64,000 nucleotides of DNA from Balanoglossus misakiensis (lineage: Eukaryota > Animalia > Hemichordata): the NCBI GenBank assembly GCA_040954595.2, contig CM082594.2, positions 10,668,276 through 10,732,275 on the forward strand. The letters are read 5' to 3'. Within the stretch, counting starts at the first letter, position 1; every line of letters begins with the position of its first letter. Below, piece by piece: positions 57,876 to 64,000 of this stretch. The notes beneath the pieces were generated by a model. That model was not told the origin of the DNA, searched no databases, and saw nothing but the letters and a program-made list of their open reading frames with translations. A program made the translations under genes and the position numbers.

Positions 57876-60156
57876 TCAGTGCGCGTGGTCGTGAGGTGGC
57901 GACGTCTGGAATGGGTCCGACGGCAATATGTGAGTCAATGGCACGGTCGAAGGGGGAGGTGGGGGTGACGTTTGTTGAGTCGATGTTGAAGACACTGTTG
58001 GTGAAAGTCTGGCGGTATCTAGCTGGATATTACGTGGTGGCTGTAATTGCTTGTTATCTACAGGATCCATGTCATGCGATCCGAAAATGTCAATTCCTGG
58101 GAATCGCTCGTGCTCTACTGGCAGTCGGGACTCAGACTGTGTTCGTCTAGAGCATTTTCCATTTCTTGCGTCACTGCCTGCAGGAGAGGAGCCACCACTG
58201 AAAGTTAGAAATATATCGCACGCAGGCGTTTTAATAACATTTTTATATTCCACAACACAATTTTTTTGGCAGCTGTGTGGTCAGTCCACCCAATACAAGT
58301 GTCAACACAGGCGGGTTTTATGCGCCGATCGTGAAACAGTAAAAATCTCAAGCAATCTGTCGGAGAGCTCGCTATGACCCAAAGGTTGTCTCTACATCGC
58401 TGACGAAACACCAAGGCAAGGGTCGTTTCCTGCATTCAAAGGCAAAAAGTCAAAGTATAAGAATGTCTGGCAGTTTGAGACACAAAAGTTGTTGACTATC
58501 TCAAAGTCACACTGTCTGTCCTCAAATTATCACTTCCAACAATCTCAGTTACAGCCAGTGCCCTTTTAAACATCCTGCCATTTTTCGTGTTTGTTTTATT
58601 GCAAGCAAGTCTCACTTCAAGACAAGATGGACTGAAGAAATTGTTCGTTTTGTGGGTGTCCAGTTTATAGAGGTTCCATGTCAAAGGGATGGGGAAAGGT
58701 GTTCGGTATAGACAGGTTGCCAGATTAGACATAGTTTGGTTTAGGCAGGTTTTACTGTAGTTACATTAGATGCAACTAAATGCAAAATCTGCTCAAATAA
58801 AATAAAACAAATATGTATGGAGTAGCGTGTGTATCAAAAGAGTATTAAATTTTGAAAGCCCTCAAGCAGGGTTCTTTTTATTTCACACACTTTCTTTCAA
58901 GTCAAACTTTGTGCACAGACAAGCTTTCAGTTCAACAGATATAGCGCCCTCATGAGGTGAATTGTTGACTGAAAGCGCCCTCATATCATGAATGAAAACT
59001 TTCCATGGAGATGTACATACTTCCTAGAGCTTGCTCGGCAATTGAAGGTCCCGAGGACCTGTTAGGGAGTTCATCCACTTTCTCTTCTTCTCTTCGCTTA
59101 AGACATGCTGCTTTTGGATTAAGATTGCGTTCTGGTGAGAGAGAGAGAAAAAAACATGGTCATTTTCATTCTTTTTCCAGTAGCTTTTCTAATAAACGTC
59201 ATAAAAAAACACAACTTATCGTCACTACTACGTTGTGAGCAAGTTCGCACTTTAACCTTTACCCTCTGACATACTCACCTCTGACCTGCTGTTCAAGACT
59301 TGTGATGACATTAACCGCTTGATGTAATATACAGAGTTTTGTTTGTGCTTTGTCACTTTTGAGATGAATGGAACACATCCTTCCGAGTTCTTTAAAAGCT
59401 TCGTTGATGTCGCGTACTCGTATCCTCTCACGTGCGTTGTTCGCGTGTCGTCGTTCTTTTTCGCGAACTATTTTAATTTCTGGCGGTTCATCTTCGGTTG
59501 GTCTAGAGAAAGAGAAAAGGACCGTCATTTCCACTAGTTACACTACTATATGAAAAGTCAACACACAAACTGAACAAATAATTGTCTTGCTTTCCTTCAC
59601 AAGACATGAAAGAAACAACAGAACTGCATTTTGGCATTGACGTTTTTTTTTCTCTCTTACCGTGATTTTTTCGACCTGGCTCCACCACGCTCACTGTCCG
59701 AACCATCATCATCAGAAAGATTCCTGTCATCAAGGTCCAGATCTGCCACCACGACCTGTTTATTGCTTTCCTGATTATTGTTATTCTTCTTCTGTTTCTT
59801 TTGATCGATTTTCTCGATTTTTATACCCTGAGCCTGGTTGCCATTTTGACTGAGAATTTCATTTTGAACAGCTGAGAAAGAAAGGAGAGAAACGAGATAA
59901 AATATTTATAAGCCAGGGAGAGAGAGAAAGAGAGAGAGAATCTGACATGTATCCTTCACGTGACAAAATCACCATCTTCACAAAATAATTCTAGCAGGCA
60001 CTATTCTGGAGTTCTGTAACTTTCTGAGAACATACCATTGAAAGGTTGTTGAGGTTGTGCAATTTCTGGAGTTGTGGTTGGCCCAACAGGCAATGGATTG
60101 CGTAGACGAATTGTACCATCCTCACTTGTAGGCTGTCCATGTGATGGCGGACCAGG
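57876..60156 (-). CDS. TCF12: Class I bHLH E-protein (TCF12/TCF4/daughterless-like), last five coding exons; 5' part probably lies beyond the window
   Basis: Exons 60036-60156, 59661-59871, 59279-59502, 59021-59131 and 57876-58177. b[71 protein letters not shown]. The symbol marks family membership, not one-to-one orthology. Confidence 0.93.
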
Positions 60157-63100
60157 CTATCAATGAGACAATAAAAAAGAGTTTTTTATTAGAAGTGAGG
60201 TACACAAGACTGAAGAAAAGCTTGGTTTGCACTACACTTTGAACAGCTGTGCCAGTAAACATCATTTCTCGTGCCTTCAATATTAGAATCCAGCTGAATT
60301 TCACCAACTTCACATTTTCTTCACAAGTTTTTATCCGTGAATCCAGCAGGGACAGAGAGAGAACCCTATTTGAGTTGTTTATATCCCAGTTCACAGCAGA
60401 TTCAATCAGAGGAGGTCACTTTAATGAGATAACGGGCAATAATGGGCTGTAATGACAAACAGGTGTTGGGCAGTGATGGCAGAAGCTACCCATCACTGGA
60501 GTAATTCAAGCGTGAACATCTAAACAAATGCTGGACCACTTGGCCGTGTTTCATCAATGTGCTAAATCATGAGTCTTGCGTTATCACGTTTGTCAGGACT
60601 TAGCAGCTGATCACTGGCTGATACTCTGGAAAGATGCTGCTTGAAAGATTTACACTTCAGAGATTGTCTTCCAAACGGCAGTTGGATAAAATGTGGACCA
60701 TGGACAAACTGACTTCCATGGTCTGTACACACAGTACACCTCACTGCCGTACACTGCACGAGAAGCTTCAGCACTGCCCTAAAAGGCATACTAAGATTTT
60801 CCCACTTCTCACTTTCACTCCCAAAATACCACAGATCACCAGAAGGTGACCTGTGATATTTACTTTGTCGCTGTTGGACTTGGTAGACATCTGACCAGGA
60901 TTTACCTGCAACAAACACCTGATTGCATCCACTTGCACAAACACCAACTCCAGTCAGACCATCTGCGGTCAACCCTTCACAACTCAAGAAGCCATCGCTT
61001 TTCAATTTTCTGACATAAAATATGTCTGCACCACACATGACATTTTGATGCAAGTTTTCTATTCTTAGAAGAAAGCTGAATGCTTTGGCATGAACTGATC
61101 GTCAGGGCAACTGCAGATGGGCAATTAAGCAAGAGAAGAATTCTCCGGACTGTTGTTCTTCCAAATCAAGATCGTCGGCAGTTGACAAGTAACATGTGAA
61201 TGGCAAATGATTTACAGACCCATTGCAGCCTAGACCTTTGACTGGAAGATTCTGCAGATGTTCAATCGACTCTTCCAAGAGTCTTTTTCTCATTGATACT
61301 TTCCCCTTGCACGGAGCTGCTCTGTATTCACACAGCACCAAACTGCACGAATCTGAAAACTACTCTACACTAGATGCAAAACAGCAACACTTCATTGTCG
61401 TCATGGCGGAAAACCTGCACCATTCAATAAAGAAAATATCACCACACGAACCTGAATATGAAAACTACTACAAACCAATGCATGAAATGTAAAACAAAAT
61501 ACACATTTGTAGCAGACAAAGCTTCAATCGTCAGGGGTGGTGCTTCACAAACGTTGAGGAACAGATGGTATTATCTGCTGGGGCTATTGTAAAAATGCCC
61601 AGAAGTTGAAATTAAATTTTCCATTAACTCAACCTAGGTACAATATCCTTTGACTTGGGGCATACAACTACAACATAGCTATGGGGTGCAGTTTTAAATA
61701 TTGTTTGGGGTTGAATTTTCATCAAATATGGAAATATACCACATATTGTATTGTATGATGATTAAACAATATTCTTTTTGTTGTTGCTCTGTACCATCTG
61801 TGCTAGTTTCTGAAGACAAGGGTCTCAAGGGACTCAAAACTTCTTCCAGGTGTCCAGCATGCTCAAGGCAGCTTGGACAAACAAATCACTCAAACAACTG
61901 CACCTATCATCTAAGTGGCGAAGATTTGTCAAAAATATACAGTCACACAAAACAATGCTTACCCAATAGTAGGGATGGTAGTTGTAGTAATGAAGGTGTG
62001 AGGAAGAAGGCTTGCCATAGTCACACTGGGAACACCACATACTGACAAGGCTGATCTGTACGCTTCAGCTGGGCGTTTTTTAATGTCAGCAGCTATGTTT
62101 CTCACCCCAGGCCAGAGAAGACAAGGCTACGGCTGTCCAGGGGAACGACTGCCCATTGGCGGCTCTCGACTCGCTAATATTGCAACATCTCAAACCCAGC
62201 ATAATTGGCCGCTTGCGCGACCCCTCCCTGACCCCTTGTTTATTATGAGCCGTAACTATACCTTGGGTAAATACAATGTTACAACTTGCAAGAATGTTTC
62301 CAATTTACTCGGCAAAGTTGTCCGTCAAATCCTTTGAGATGATTTGCGACCAGAGAATGTGTCGGCCTAAATCAGCATCACAGAATATCAAAGACTAGAC
62401 GGGATAACAAGCTCGTCCTTTGCTGACTTTTTAACAAGTTTGGTAAGGCAACGTAAAAATAACACCACAACCAGGATTGAAGTCATTTACTGGTGGGCGG
62501 GCGGTGTTGGCCCACGCTCTCTGTTGCAACAGCGGAGTAATTGACAGACCTAATGGGTTCAGTTTGCGGAAAAGTTTGCCAACACCAAGCTCTAAGCTAC
62601 ACATAAAACAGGTCATTCGCCAAAAACCACTGTTTACAGTTCTCCGATCCACCGACCGTGTCGTTTGCTTATGAGACCGATATACATCATTTGATGCGGA
62701 ATCGGCGATTAAGCACATGTTGGAGATCGCCTGACACCTTTTGCACACAACTCATCGACTAAATACTGTCCTCTGAGCACGTCAGACTCATCTTCAGACC
62801 GCTCGGACAGTGGAACTCACAGAGAGAGGCGGGAAAAACATCAGAGCCACCGCTGGCTCAGTCGGTAGAATAGTTCGTCCGCCAACACAAGCAAACACCT
62901 CTAGATCTGATTTCACAATGTCAGTCACCTATGAATCTAATACTCGGACCCTCAGTTTTCAGCACTGGGAGAGAAGATATTACCAGTGGGGGGATCACGC
63001 TAGAACTGGTTCTAACAGAGAAGAGAGAATGGTCACTAACAGTCCCACCCTGCCTGGCCGGCCTTCAAACTTCTGGAGATGGCCATGGAGTTTGTTCGTC

Positions 63101-64000
63101 CCTAGGGGGAGTCGGTCGATCTAAACAATTCATGCTCAAGCCTGCAGTTTCTGAGCATGTACGAACACTTATCTAACTGCTCAGCAAATAAACATGAGAA
63201 ATCCGAGTTATGGAAAGATAGGTATTCAGAAATCCCAAACATTTGCACACACGCTTCGCCATTGTCAATCGGCCCGTGGCACCACCGCAGTCTTATAGAT
63301 TTCAGGAATGACAGACAAGTTATGAGCTATGCATAATGCAGTGAATGAACACATCATATCAGTTTGATGCTGCAAATTTTCCACATAACATCTAATTAAA
63401 ATTGAGAATAAATATTAGTGGTCACCATGCAAAATTTAGAATGACAGAGTCTCAAAATGGCTGCCACCTCTAAAATCACACACTCAGCAGATAAATCTAC
63501 GGCTTCACTGAAATACAAACTCTATCACTGCCTTTATTCAATTCAAAGACATTCAACTTTCCATATCTTGAGATGCTGTACCTGATTTATCGCCCTTTCT
63601 TCTTTAATCTTAAGGTTGTGAACTTTTACTCACAATCTGTTGAATTTCACTAACTTATCTCGCTGTTGCCATTAATCAAAACCTCCATATCGAACCTGAC
63701 ATGAGGACCTGTTTATTTTCAGTGGGGGGGGGGGGGGGGTGTCACAGTGGAAAGGGTTTACAGACAGAGTACATACAGTATGTACTGCTTTGAAACTTGT
63801 TTCGATTTCACCAGCTGGAAGAGTCGACTGACCGACAGTGGTACTGATGCACAATCCATTACCAAGTTCAACTAACAACCTGTTACCAACTGAAGTATTC
63901 CAACTAGAAACCTGTAGCCACACATCATGACAGGTTGATTATTGTTAGACACTTGTGTTGCAAGGGAGAACCCTGGTGATTGGCAGACAGCAGAGGGAAC

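Noticed and set aside
59021-59871. Mutually exclusive E12/E47-type duplicate bHLH exon
   Set aside because: The introns flanking the bHLH exon are only about 150 nt, leaving no room for a second bHLH exon.
60562-63923. ORFs in the large E-protein intron
   Set aside because: No recognisable homology, consistent splice phase or transposase/RT motifs.

Overview
Gene-dense, AT-rich, intron-containing genomic DNA from an invertebrate animal (a marine bilaterian such as a hemichordate is a guess only). Nine spliced protein-coding genes can be reconstructed by reading exons and GT-AG sites: AGPS (-, runs off the left edge), a myristoylation-motif MIEAP/SPATA18-domain gene (+), CYB5RL (-), SETD9 (+), GTF2F1 (-), XRCC1 (+), MYCBPAP (-), PEMT (+) and the 3' part of an E-protein bHLH gene (TCF12/TCF4/daughterless-like, -). 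The most notable structure is the apparently empty 33-55 kb region. It holds an array of 9-10 short ATG-initiated coding exons on the minus strand, each ending in a phase-1 splice donor that fits MYCBPAP exon 2. Five have their own RFX X-box upstream, two lie antisense inside PEMT intron 1, and one lies beyond the PEMT 3' end. This suggests a variable-first-exon cassette giving many basic, Ser-rich N-termini for a ciliary protein. The same gene has a cluster of candidate microexons in a late intron. All gene models were made by eye; none is confirmed by transcripts or database searches.
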